This document shows, piece by piece, positions 50,241 to 60,992 of a stretch of 64,000 bases of DNA. The notes under the pieces are model-generated. The model saw nothing but the letters and a program-made list of their open reading frames with translations, was not told the origin of the DNA and ran no database searches. The stretch lies in contig NC_043026.1 of the NCBI RefSeq assembly GCF_006345805.1, forward strand, positions 1,426,001-1,490,000, written 5' to 3'. Positions within the stretch are counted from its first letter, which is position 1. The number at the start of each line of letters is the position of its first letter. The translations under genes were made by a program, and so were the position numbers. The DNA is from Octopus sinensis. Lineage: Eukaryota.

Positions 50241-50910
50241 AACCCTAAACCTAATCTCTAACCCTAACCCTAAACCTAACCCCTAAACCCTAACCCTATC
50301 TCGTGACAGCCTTCCGGCATCAGTCGCTAGCTTTGGATAGGTTTAGGGTTAGGGGTTAGGGTTGGGGTTAGGTTTAGGGTTAGGGTTAGGGGTTAGCTTT
50401 AGGGTTAGGGTTAGAGTTAGGGATAAATTAAGTACCAGTTATGTACTTGGGCCGGTCTAAACAACGGCAGTAATTCGTTATCGATATTGATAAATAAACG
50501 TGAATTTACTAATAATCGTAAAGAAAAAATTTGTTCCGGCAAGGGGCTCTATCGACACCAGTGCGTGCGTGCGTAACTGGTACTTACTTTATCCCTAACC
50601 CTAACCCTAAACCTAACCCTAAGCCTAACCACTAACCCTAAACCTAACCCCTAACCCTAACCCTAACCCTAACCCCTAACCTTAAACCTAACCAAAGCTA
50701 GCGACCGATGCCGGAAGGCTGTCACAAGATAGGGTTAGGGTTAAGGGTTAGGTTTAGGGTTAGGGGTTAGGCTTAGGGTTAGGATTTGGGTTAGAGTTAG
50801 GGATAAATTAAGTACCAGTTACATACTGGGGCCGGTCTAAACAACAGCAGTAATTCGTTATCGATATTAATAAATAAACGTGAATTTACTAATAATCGTA
50901 AAGAAAAAAT
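50241..50910. repeat. Interstitial telomere-like cassette: two (CCCTAA)n-core-(TTAGGG)n units
   Basis: Variant TTAGGG/TTTAGG/TTAGGGG arrays flanking a 39-nt core that is inverted between units; about 117-bp direct duplication after each G array. Confidence 0.9.
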
Positions 50911-51189
50911 TTACTAATAATCATAAAGAAAAAAAATCCCACCGTGGGGCCGGTAGGTTAGCCTGATATCGAACTCACGAACGCTACATTACGTACAAAA
51001 TGGATGTTGTCTCAGTTTTTAGACGCAGAAAATTATTTCAGCTCAAAAGAGAGCATACGATTGGTTAAAATTCGAAAAATTAAACCACGTTAAACAAACG
51101 AATTACAAATTTATCAAAAAAAAACAAGTGAAAATAATGTTTTCTTTTGACACATTCTACGAGTATAGGAAGTTTCAAATTGTTTAGAT

Positions 51190-51566
51190 TGGATGGTTCT
51201 CTTATGTGCCACCGGCACTGGTATCACAGTGCATATCCTCAGCAGTTACGGTCCATGTTTCACTGCCATGTAGCATGGCTGTTCGTACACATGCCTCATA
51301 CAGTCTGCCTTTTACTCTGAGCGAGAGGCCCTTTGTCACTAGCAGAGGTAGGAGCTCTTTGAACTTTGCCCAAGCTATTCTTATTCTAGCTGCTACACTT
51401 TCAGCGCACCCACCTCCGCTACTGACTTGGTCACCTAGGTAATAGAAGCTATCAACTACTTCTAGTTTTTCTCCCTGGAATGTGGCGGAAGTTGGTTTCT
51501 GCGCATTTTCAGTGTTTATTGCTCCTGAGCATCTGCCACATACAAAAACTATCTTCCTAGTTAGCT
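51190..51566 (-). mobile_element. Internally deleted RTE fragment
   Basis: KIVFVCGRCS..LEVVDSFYYLGD..HGSETW joined directly to 3' UTR sequence. Confidence 0.88.
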
Positions 51567-51753
51567 TTATATATATATATAAAATCAAATAGGGTTAAGC
51601 AACAAGTTGCTTAGCCACATACCGAAAATTTAGAAATAGCAGTCAAAGACCACTTATTCCTATTTTCTACAAATATAGCTCCACATATAACATTTACTTG
51701 TAACTCACATATGTAAAAAGAAGGTAAAATAACGAAAATAAAGTCTTCAGTCA

Positions 51754-51812
51754 GTTATGGACGCGTTTCTGGGTTAGAATTATAAATAACTCATTCCTGT
51801 CTTCAGCGCAAC
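51754..51812 (-). ncRNA. Hammerhead motif, ACGCGU palindromic helix III
   Basis: GUUGCG-CUGAAGA-..GAGUUA/UAAUUC..-GAAAC-GC-GUC/CAUAAC. Confidence 0.6.
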
Positions 51813-52209
51813 ATTCCATTAGATTATAGATTTGCAAATGCTATTTACCTACCTCTTGCATCCCGATCCCGTGCCATCAAAGATAGCAGAAGATAGTCAA
51901 CACAAACCAAATCCATAGAGACGAATAAATTCATATTTTCCCTCCAAAATTACCATGTGTGTTACAAAAATAGTTCCTCAGAAGTTTGTCATAAGGGAGT
52001 GAAAAATTCTATCATTAATAATACAAGGGTAAATAATTATTAATTTTAAAATCAATAATTATTACCGAGTAGTTTTGGTATGGAAACTTTTACAATAAGT
52101 TCTTTATATAAATATATATAATTAAATAGGGTTAAGCAATAAGTTGCTTAGCCACATACCGAAAATTTAGAAATAATTATTGATTTTAAAATTAATAATT
52201 ATTTACCCT

Positions 52210-52578
52210 TACAGGACTAGAACTGTTTCATTCAAATGAAATCATCAGGAAGCTTGCTGTCAAAATAAGTTTTGGCATTTATACATTTAGGCAGATTTAA
52301 TGGGGTGGTGGTGGGGGACATTTTTTGTCTTTCTTAGGGGAGTGGTCAAAAGAATCAGTGATAAAGTAAATAAATGAATAAATAGAATAATTGAATAGAG
52401 TTTTAGGTAAATAAGAAGACTATCGCTTATATATATATATATACACACATATACACATACATACACACACACATATATACATACACACATATATACAAAT
52501 ACACATACACATACATGCCAACACGCAAACACACGCACACATATATCTACACATATATAAATAAATATACACACCCAT

Positions 52579-52609
<31 letters not shown>

Positions 52610-52914
52610 CATACACACGTATATGTGTGTGTATATGTGTGTATATATATATGTGTGTGTGTATGTATGTGTATATGTGTGTATATATATATATATAAGC
52701 GATAGTCTTCTTATTTACCTAAAACTCTATTCAATTATTCTATTTATTCATTTATTTACTTTATCACTGATTCTTTTGACCACTCCCCTAAGAAAGACAA
52801 AAAATGTCCCCACCACCACCCCATTAAATCTGCCTAAATGTATAAATGCCAAAACTTATTTTGACAGCAAGCTTCCTGATGATTTCATTCAAATGAAACA
52901 GTTCTAGTCCTGTA
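52210..52914. repeat. Inverted repeat, 219/218-bp arms around a microsatellite spacer
   Basis: 52210-52428 vs 52697-52914; one G-run indel and a flipped 2-nt hairpin loop. Confidence 0.95.
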
Positions 52915-52920
52915 GAAGCT
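52870..52920 (+). ncRNA. Hammerhead motif with good helices I and III and weak helix II
   Basis: AGCUUC-CUGAUGA-UUUCAUUCAAAU-GAAACAG-UUCUAGUC-CUGUA/GAAGCU. Confidence 0.62.
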
Positions 52921-53126
52921 CCTTCTATAAAATAAATTAATTTACTCTGCTATGTATTGAGTACCTTATTTACTGTGGTTAACCCCGACTCAACCCAGGA
53001 CCTACATATATATATATATGTATATAGTTAATCCAAACATGAAAGCACAAAGAGAAAACACAACAACGCGAGGATGTGGAACAAGTATAGTGTTATTGGA
53101 TGCTCAGGAAAAGATAGTAAGGAGGA

Positions 53127-53158
53127 TTTAACGTTTTGAGCAGAGCTTCATGAGAAAC
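53127..53158 (-). ncRNA. Degenerate hammerhead-like motif (zero-loop family)
   Basis: UUU-CUCAUGA-AGCUCUGCUC-AAAAC-GUU/AAA. Confidence 0.35.
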
Positions 53159-54419
53159 ATAGGAAAAGGAAAGATCCAAGGAAGGGAAGACAGAGGGGAA
53201 AAATCGCCAATGATACACACGCGGTCACATATTGAATGACCAGAAGGGAATGGGTGAAGAAAAAGTTCTTTCAAAGACAGGAGAGTGCAAGAGAAAGAGG
53301 TATGTGTGTGTATGTGCGCGTGTAATGATAGCACGTGTGTCTGTGTGTTTGTGGTGTGTGTGTGTGTGTGGTTGGGCTTAGTATCATTTAAGTGTGTGTG
53401 CGTGCATGTATATGTATTGTGTGTGTTTTGTTTGCAGTGTGTGTGTGTATATATGTATGTATGTGTGTGTTCGTGTGTGTATGTGTGTATGTGTAGGGGT
53501 TGTGTGTGGGGGGAATAACTGTGCTTTACTTTGTGTTTGTGCGTGTATGTGTGTGTGTATGTGTGTGCGTATATGTGGGTGTATATACGTGTATGCGTGG
53601 GGCTGTGAGTGTTAGGTATGTGTGCATTCGTGTGCGTGCATATGTGTGCACATGTTTGTGTGTGCATGTGTGTGTGTCTGTGTCTGTATGCGTATGTGTA
53701 TGTGTGTGAGCGTGTGTGCATATATTGTGGGATCTTTTTACTTTGACCAGCAGATTTCTAAAATAATTTCTTTGTAACTAAACACTTTTATACTTCGTAT
53801 ACTGGTAGAATGTGTTACATAAAACATCCTTTTCTCTTGGCGTTCTTGAGAAAATTCTGTTGTTTATAAGCTATTTCTTGTTAAACTTCTTGCACTTCGG
53901 CAATTTCAACCAATCAATGACGTCTATTGAGGTGAATACAATTTCTGCGGTTGTTTGTCAATGCGGTGAAATGCAAGAAGTATCATGAATGCAGTTTGCA
54001 ATAAGACATGGTAAAATGAAAGCCTTTAAGCTTAAAAAACAAATTCAGTAATTATTGTTATTTCGCAATAGTAAAAAAAAACAAAATTATTTTAAATCTA
54101 CCAATACTTAAATACAATTTGGTGATTTTGTAATTTCATGATTTCGTTCACTAAGCTACACTACTTTATGGTGTGTATCTTAACATTTACTGTACTCTTT
54201 TAATATGATTTTATATGCTTTTATTCTTATTTATTGTACAGTAAAATGACTTTATGTGCTTCTAACGGTTTTCTAGTGATTTTACGATTCCAATATTTGT
54301 GGTGGAAAGATGTAAAGTTGAGCAAAATGACTTACCTTGATTTTTATTTTTCCATACATTATTTTTGAGAATGACTTAAATCAAAATGATTTAAGCCGAG
54401 GCAGGCTTGTATACATGAG

Positions 54420-55255
54420 GCAATGACTAGTGACTAAGACCTTTGAGAAGTGAAATCATAGTTGTGGCCAATGCCAGTGGAATGTAAAAAGCACTTTTAA
54501 AGTGTTGGGCCACACAGAGGTAATGTGGTTGATGCCAGTGTTATGTAACTAGCACCTGTACTGGTGTCACACAACTAGTACCTATGCTGGTGGCACATAA
54601 AATGCATCTTTAGAGTGTTGGGCCTCACGAAGGCAATGACAAATGACCGAGACCTTTGGCAATATGCTGTGCTTGAGTAGAAGACCCACCAAGCCAAGTG
54701 AAATTGTAGTCATGGCAGATACTGGGGTCATGCAAATGGCACCCATGCAGGTGACATGTTAAAAGCATCCATTACACTCTCAGAGTAATTGACGTTAGGA
54801 AGGGCATCCAGCCATAGAAACAATGCCAAACCAGACTGGAGTCTGGTGCAGCCTTCCAGCCTTGCCAGCCCTGGTCAACAGATGTTAAGTGATGATGATG
54901 ATGAAAGCTCATGGCTCAGTGATTAGAGTTTGGGGTTCACAATCATGAAGTAATGATTTTGATTCTCACACCTGGCTGCATGTTGTGCTCTTGAGCAAGA
55001 CACTTTATTTCACATTGCTCCAGTTCACTCAGCTGTAGAAACGAGTTGTGACATCACTAGGGCTTAGTGGTATTTTGTCTGCCGCTATGTTCTGAGTTCA
55101 AATTCCACTGAGGTTGACTTTGCCTTTCATCCTTTCGGGGTTGATTAAATAAGTACCAGTTACACACTGGAGTCGATATAATCGACTTAATCTGTTTGTC
55201 TGTCCTTGTTTGTCCCCTCTGTGTTTAGCCCCTTGTGAGCAATAAAGAAATAAGT
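54420..55255 (+). mobile_element. Degraded RTE 3' tail followed by SINE pieces
   Basis: GACCGAGACCTTTGG..GGAAGGGCATCCAGCC..(GAT)n to 54903; SINE body 55075-55255. Confidence 0.75.
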
Positions 55256-57277
55256 TGTATATGCTTTGCCTTTTCCTTGTATAATATTGGTGGTGTGGAG
55301 AGGTGAGGCTGGTATGCATGGGTGACCTTACATGGACTTGTGCCTCAGAGGGTAACTTCTAGGTGCATCCCATGGTCATTCATGTCCAAGGGGGTTTTAC
55401 CCTTTGTATGTGTCATACAGATGGGCTTTCAGTTTTCCATCTACCAAATCCATTTACAAGGCTAAGACTATAGAAAAAAACACTTTGTCCAAAGTGCCAT
55501 GCTGTGGGAGTGAATCCAGAACCATGTTGGAAAACAAGCATTTTGCCAACCACTCCCGAAGAAAAGAAAAAGAAAGAAAACAGACAAGAACTTATTTGAG
55601 CAGGAAGCAGTGGTTGACCTACATAAATTTGTGAATAGTGAGGAAGAGGAAGAAGGGTGGTGATGCTGTTGGTGAAAGCAGGCTGACAGACTAACATGGC
55701 TAGATGGAAGAAGGCAGAAACAAGAAGGCAGTCAAGTCAAGAATAAAAGCACACACACTCAAACACATGTACACACACACACACACACACATTGCATAAC
55801 GTTCACAGGTTTTCCTGTCAACTTTATAAAACTAACTTGCATGAACAGAGGCCATTTTATGGCAGCCTCTTACAACGAACTGCTTTGAACAAATGGACTG
55901 AAATCTAAAGAAAGATTCCAGTCAGGAACTGAAACCCAGACGTTTTAATCAGGTAAAAATTATTGTTATAACTATTTTAATTCTCTAGAATTAAGGTGAT
56001 GAGCTGATAGAATAGCTACTTGCACCGGGCATAATTCTTAGCACCATTTTATCCATCTGTGTTCATATTCTATCAATGCTGATTTGCCTTTCATCGTTTC
56101 AGGGAAAATAAGGGTCGTATTCCGGTTTAAGCAATCTATATAACCCCTCATAACTAGCTTTAGATCCTTTTTATTTTCTGGAATTTTCAGAAAATTTTTG
56201 CCAATTTGTGTTCTACACCCAGGAATTTGTACAATTATACAAAAAAAAATTTTGTGTGTGATTAAAGGGCAATTTAGCTGTTGTTTTTAACCTCCTGAAC
56301 CTTATTATACCTGGCTTCCTGATCTCCACTGGTAGAGTGGAGCTGTCATATGGAGAAAAATAAACCATCCACTGGTAAACTGGTGTTACGGGCTCAAATG
56401 GTTAAACATAACTAGTTCAGGAACTTTTTGATACTACTTTGTACTTTCAAATAGTAAATAAATATTTGTCTAGTAACACAAAGAGCAAACAATACAGACC
56501 CATCACAACCATTATGAAGATACCTAACTTTCAGAGCATAATTTATAGGATTTTCTAATGAAATAAATGTACCTGATGGACTCACTAAAATGTCAGGAAT
56601 AACCTGGGGATTATACAATAATTGAAGAAAAACCATGCATAACATGTAATAGTTGCAGTGTACATGAAAAATATATTCAGTAATAATTCCAGTTTACTTT
56701 AATAATACAACTTGTATCCGTTTCAATAGCAGTTAAATCTCCCTTAAACTACATCTAAAAAGTGAAATAACCATCTTCAGATACTCTACACACACCGCCT
56801 CTCATTAAACTCTATTCCCACCTGCATGCCACGTTTATACTTATGCATATATGCTATAGAAATATGTGATACAGTGATATAATATCAATGTAAAATATAC
56901 TATCTTAAAGATAGCATGTTTGTACTAGTCTGTCTGTTTGTCTGTATGTATATGTGTACCTTTGTGTCCCCCAACACTGCTTGACAACTGGTGTTGTTGT
57001 GCTAATGTCCCGTAACTTAGTGGTTTGGGCAAAAGAAATTGACAGAATAAGTACCAGGCTTAAAAAAAAAAAAAGGTACAGGGGTGAATTCATTCCAGAT
57101 GGAGAGAATTGATTCTTGTTTATAAACTGGCTCAATGTGATATGAAGTGCCTTGCTCAAGGGAAAAATATCATGCTGCCCTGTCCAAAAACTGAACACCT
57201 GACATTACAGTCATGAGCAGAAAACCATAATCACTAGGTCTGAATGGTATTTTATACATTTATATGATTTATAATGT

Positions 57278-57318
57278 ACTAGCATTATGACCCGGCGTTG
57301 CTGGGTCATGGTGCTAGT
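57278..57318. repeat. 41-nt hairpin ending in CTAGT (Helitron/Helentron-type terminus?)
   Basis: ACTAGCATTATGACCCGGC-GTT-GCTGGGTCATGGTGCTAGT. Confidence 0.6.
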
Positions 57319-57450
57319 TTGGTATAAATTTGTTAAATAAAAAATTTGGGGTAATAAAAAATACAATGACATATTAAAAAGATGAATTAAAATTCCAGAG
57401 AAAAATACATAGAAGATAAATATACAAATTTACAAAAATACATAAAAGTT

Positions 57451-57532
57451 CATCTATGGGCTGTTTCGGAGATGCGCCAATTAATATAAAACATATCATA
57501 TATTTAAAATTGACACTCCCCTCGTCAGGATG
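57451..57532 (-). ncRNA. Hammerhead motif with 14-bp helix II
   Basis: CAUC-CUGACGA-GGGGAGUGUCAAUU..AAUUGGCGCAUCUCC-GAAAC-AGCCC-AUA/GAUG; C.A mismatch in helix III. Confidence 0.65.
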
Positions 57533-57965
57533 TTTTTTTACACTCAACACTTAGTACACAGAAACAAATGCACAATTACATACCGGCTACATGCGAAAGA
57601 TCAGACATTACGTACTCCCAAAATTCTCATAGATACATGGCTTGCAGCTATAGCAAATGGTATGCGCACAGCTCCATCTGGACTAAATCACTTCTGCACT
57701 CAATTAAATTTTTAATCTTTTAATTTCTCCCATTCATGCAAAGCCACATATTTGAGTTCAAGTCCTTGATACATTTTATACTAATTGCTATTTTTTTCTT
57801 TTAATTGTTATATTACGATTTAATTACCATACTTAAGTTTTATTTTAATTACTACTTACTATATTTAATTCAATTGTTATTATAACCTCTAACTTTTATT
57901 GCTATTTTTATTTCTAAATTTCTTATGGAACGTCGAGTGAATACAATATATTTTTATATGATGTT

Positions 57966-58220
57966 TATCATCATCGTTTAACGTCCGTTTTCCATGCTAG
58001 CATGGGTTGGACGGTTCAACTGGGGTCTGGGAAGCCGGGAGGCTGCGCCAGGCTCAGTCTGATCTGGCAGTGTTTCTACGGCTGGATGCCCTTCCTAACA
58101 CCTACCACTCCGAGAGTGTAGTGGGTGCTTTTTACGTGCCACCGGCACAGGGGCCAGACATGGCTGGCAACGGCCACAATCGGATGGTGCTTTTTACGTG
58201 CCACCAGCACGGAGGCCAGT
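57966..58220 (-). mobile_element. RTE 3' tail
   Basis: CATCATCGTTTAACGTCCGTTTTCCATGCTAGCATGGG. Confidence 0.85.
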
Positions 58221-58445
58221 ATATATTAATTATACATAAGGAGTAGTGTTTGATTTGAGGGTGATTTACTTGCTGTTTTGTGCAGGTCAAGCTACAATCA
58301 TGAATTTCATCCGGGTTGTTGTTTACTTCCAAGAATTGGGTTTTAAATCTAGGACGATATGAGCTGTTTTTCTCAGAATTCTATTCACTCATTTTACTGT
58401 GAATTAATTATTCAGATTAACAAGTAGGCCTTTATGTGGCAGCTT

Positions 58446-58650
58446 GTGGTGGTGGTGGTGGTGGGGTGGTGGTGGTGGTGTGGTGGTGGTGGTGGTTGGT
58501 GGTGGTGGTGGTGGTGGTGGTGGTGGTGTGGTGGTGGTGGTGGTGTGGTGGTGCTGGTGGTGGTGGTGGTGGTGGTGGTGTGGTGGTGGTGGTGTGGTGG
58601 TGGTGGTGGGGTGGTGGTGGTGGTGGTGGTGGTGGTGGTGGTGGTGGTTG
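58446..58650. repeat. (GGT)n tract, about 205 bp
   Basis: Direct reading. Confidence 0.95.
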
Positions 58651-59149
58651 GTAAGGAAAACAGCCATGCCAGCACCATGTGTGTGTGTGTGTGTGTGTGT
58701 GAAAGAGAAAAGGAGTGACAGTGTCTGAACTTTCAGAATATTCCATCCCCATGGAGAGTGATTTTAATTTAAATTCTTTCCTGTTTTTCTTTTACATTTT
58801 CAATATTGTTTCTTTGAATCTATTTTAAAGCAATGAATATGTTTCTTTTGAAAGTTGTTCTTCATTTCATCATTTTGAATAAGCAGCCAGAAATTTGATA
58901 ACAGTTAAATTATAATCATTGTATGCACACCATACGAAACTGGTGCACAGGAATGCTGCATTTCTTGACGTCATATTCTGAGACATGCATACATACAGGC
59001 GTACATATGACTGGGATGCCAACTTCTAAGCCAAAAAGCAGGTAATAAACAAACAGACAGACAGATAGATATGTTTCTTAATTAGCCACACAGGGCTGAA
59101 CACAGAGGAGACAAAATACAATGCAGAGCTTTTCTTCTTGGGGAAGAAA

Positions 59150-59600
59150 GAATGGGGGAGGAGGGATTAGATTTCCCTTGATCTAGCCGATCGAGTTCTA
59201 TCAATATCGAACTCAGCCGAGCAAAATTCAAAGCAAACCTCAAAAGATTAAGCAAGGTAGTTCAACTTTAGTCATAGTTCGATCATAAAACACCTTCATG
59301 AACTGGGAAAAGTGTTTGAATTCAGAGTGTGGGTCCCTCATCATGTGACTGTTTCTCAACTTCATTGAAGAGTAGACTTGTTATCAAAACTTTCTTTGGT
59401 AGAATCATCGCAACTGTTGAAAAGCGGGTCCTCTGTCATCATTTCCAACAAGAACGACAAGGCATAGCATCCAATTAATATAGACAATCCATTCCCAAGG
59501 TAGTGTCTCGGACTAAAAAAGAGTTGTGCTTTGTGTTTGATGGAATGTTGAAGGTATTTTCTATCATGAAGGGGTCGACAATTGCCAAAACAGATGAGAT
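59150..59600 (+). mobile_element. Degraded mariner transposase fragment
   Basis: HLHELGKVFEFRVWVPHH (WVPH motif). Confidence 0.65.
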
Positions 59601-59989
59601 TATTTTATCAATAATGGGAAGAAATATTTTATTGATTAAATGTATCAATTAAGAATAAAGAAGTATTTGTGTGTTTCCCATCTTGAAATGCACCAGCAGC
59701 ACTTCTTTCTAGCTTTGTGTATATGTGGGTATATATATGTATGTGTGTACGTATGTATCTACTTGTTTATATGAGTGTATGTATGTGTGCATGTATGTAT
59801 TTGTGAGTATACGCGTATGTATATATTTATTTGTGTGTATGAGTGTATATGTATGTATCTATTTGTGTTAATGTACGTATATATATTTGTATATGTGTAT
59901 ATAAGTGTGTGGGGGTGTATATAGGTACATGTGTATTTTTGGCCCTCAAAAGTTCTGGCTGGTGTCTGATGTGCTGTAAAACACACACA

Positions 59990-60500
59990 CAGGTTGTGGA
60001 GAGGGTCATAGCCCAACTGATTAGGGAGAGAGTCAGCTTGGATGAGATGCAGTTTGGTTTCGTGCCAGGAAAAAGCACCACTGATGCCATATTTCTGGTG
60101 AGACAGCTGCATCAGAAATACCTAGCCAAAGATAAGCCCCTGTACCTGGCTTTTGTTGACATGGAGAAAGCCTTCGACAGGGTCCCCCGATCCCTTATCT
60201 GGTGGTCAATGAGGAAACTAGGGATAGATGAATGGTTAGTGAGAGCTGTGCAAGCCATGTACAGAGATGCTGTAAGTAAGGTGAGGGTTGGCAACGAGTA
60301 CACTAAAGAATTCAGGGTAGAGGAAGGGGTCCACCAACGTTCAGTCCTCAGCTCCCTCCTATTTATCATAGTCCTCCAGGCAATAACGGAGGAATTCAAG
60401 ACAGGATGCCCCTGGGAGCTCCCCTACGCTGATGACCTTACTCTAATTGCTGAGTCACTATCAGAACTAGAGGCAAAGTTTCAAGAGTGGAGACAAGGAT
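59990..60500 (+). mobile_element. RTE reverse transcriptase fragment
   Basis: QFGFVPGKSTTDAIF..AFVDMEKAFDRVPR..GVHQRSVLS..YADDL. Confidence 0.92.
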
Positions 60501-60789
60501 TTTATATATTTATATATTACTATATATTTCTAAACGTCGGGCTTTATATCTGTTCTGTAGATATAAATGAATATATGAATATATGTATGTGTTTGATCTT
60601 TCTGTGGATTTTGTAGTGTTCTTGTAGTTGCTGCTCACATTGTTCCCCTCAGATTAAAAAGTGTATGCAGCTCATTTGAGCTCTACTATTCCAGTCTGTT
60701 ATATATTTTGAGTGTTGTTGTCACTAATATATATATATATATATACATACATCCATATACATACAATAGAGAGATGTTTTTGTTTCACT

Positions 60790-60992
60790 TTTAACACGTA
60801 ATACTGAAACAGTGGAGAAAATATGATATTGCTATGGGCTCGCCCTAGGCAAGAAGTTGAACATTTTTTTGCCCATGAAACTACATGGGCCCTAAGTAAG
60901 GCATGTGTAAAATTTGAATGAAGTTGGTTGTGTAGTTCTCAAGTTTTAGGGAAACACACAGACAGACAGACATTCTCAGTTTTATATATAGA
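60790..60992 (-). mobile_element. Helentron/DINE-like fragment (different family)
   Basis: Minus strand begins TCTATATATAAAA..ATGTCTGTCTGTCTGTGTG. Confidence 0.4.

Noticed and set aside
50226-50300. Telomerase healing of a truncated RTE cDNA
   Set aside because: The repeat following the cDNA 3' end is CCCTAA, the wrong strand for telomerase addition
55849-55952. Exon with CAG/GTAAAA donor
   Set aside because: Stops in all three frames; could be a UTR exon but there is no support
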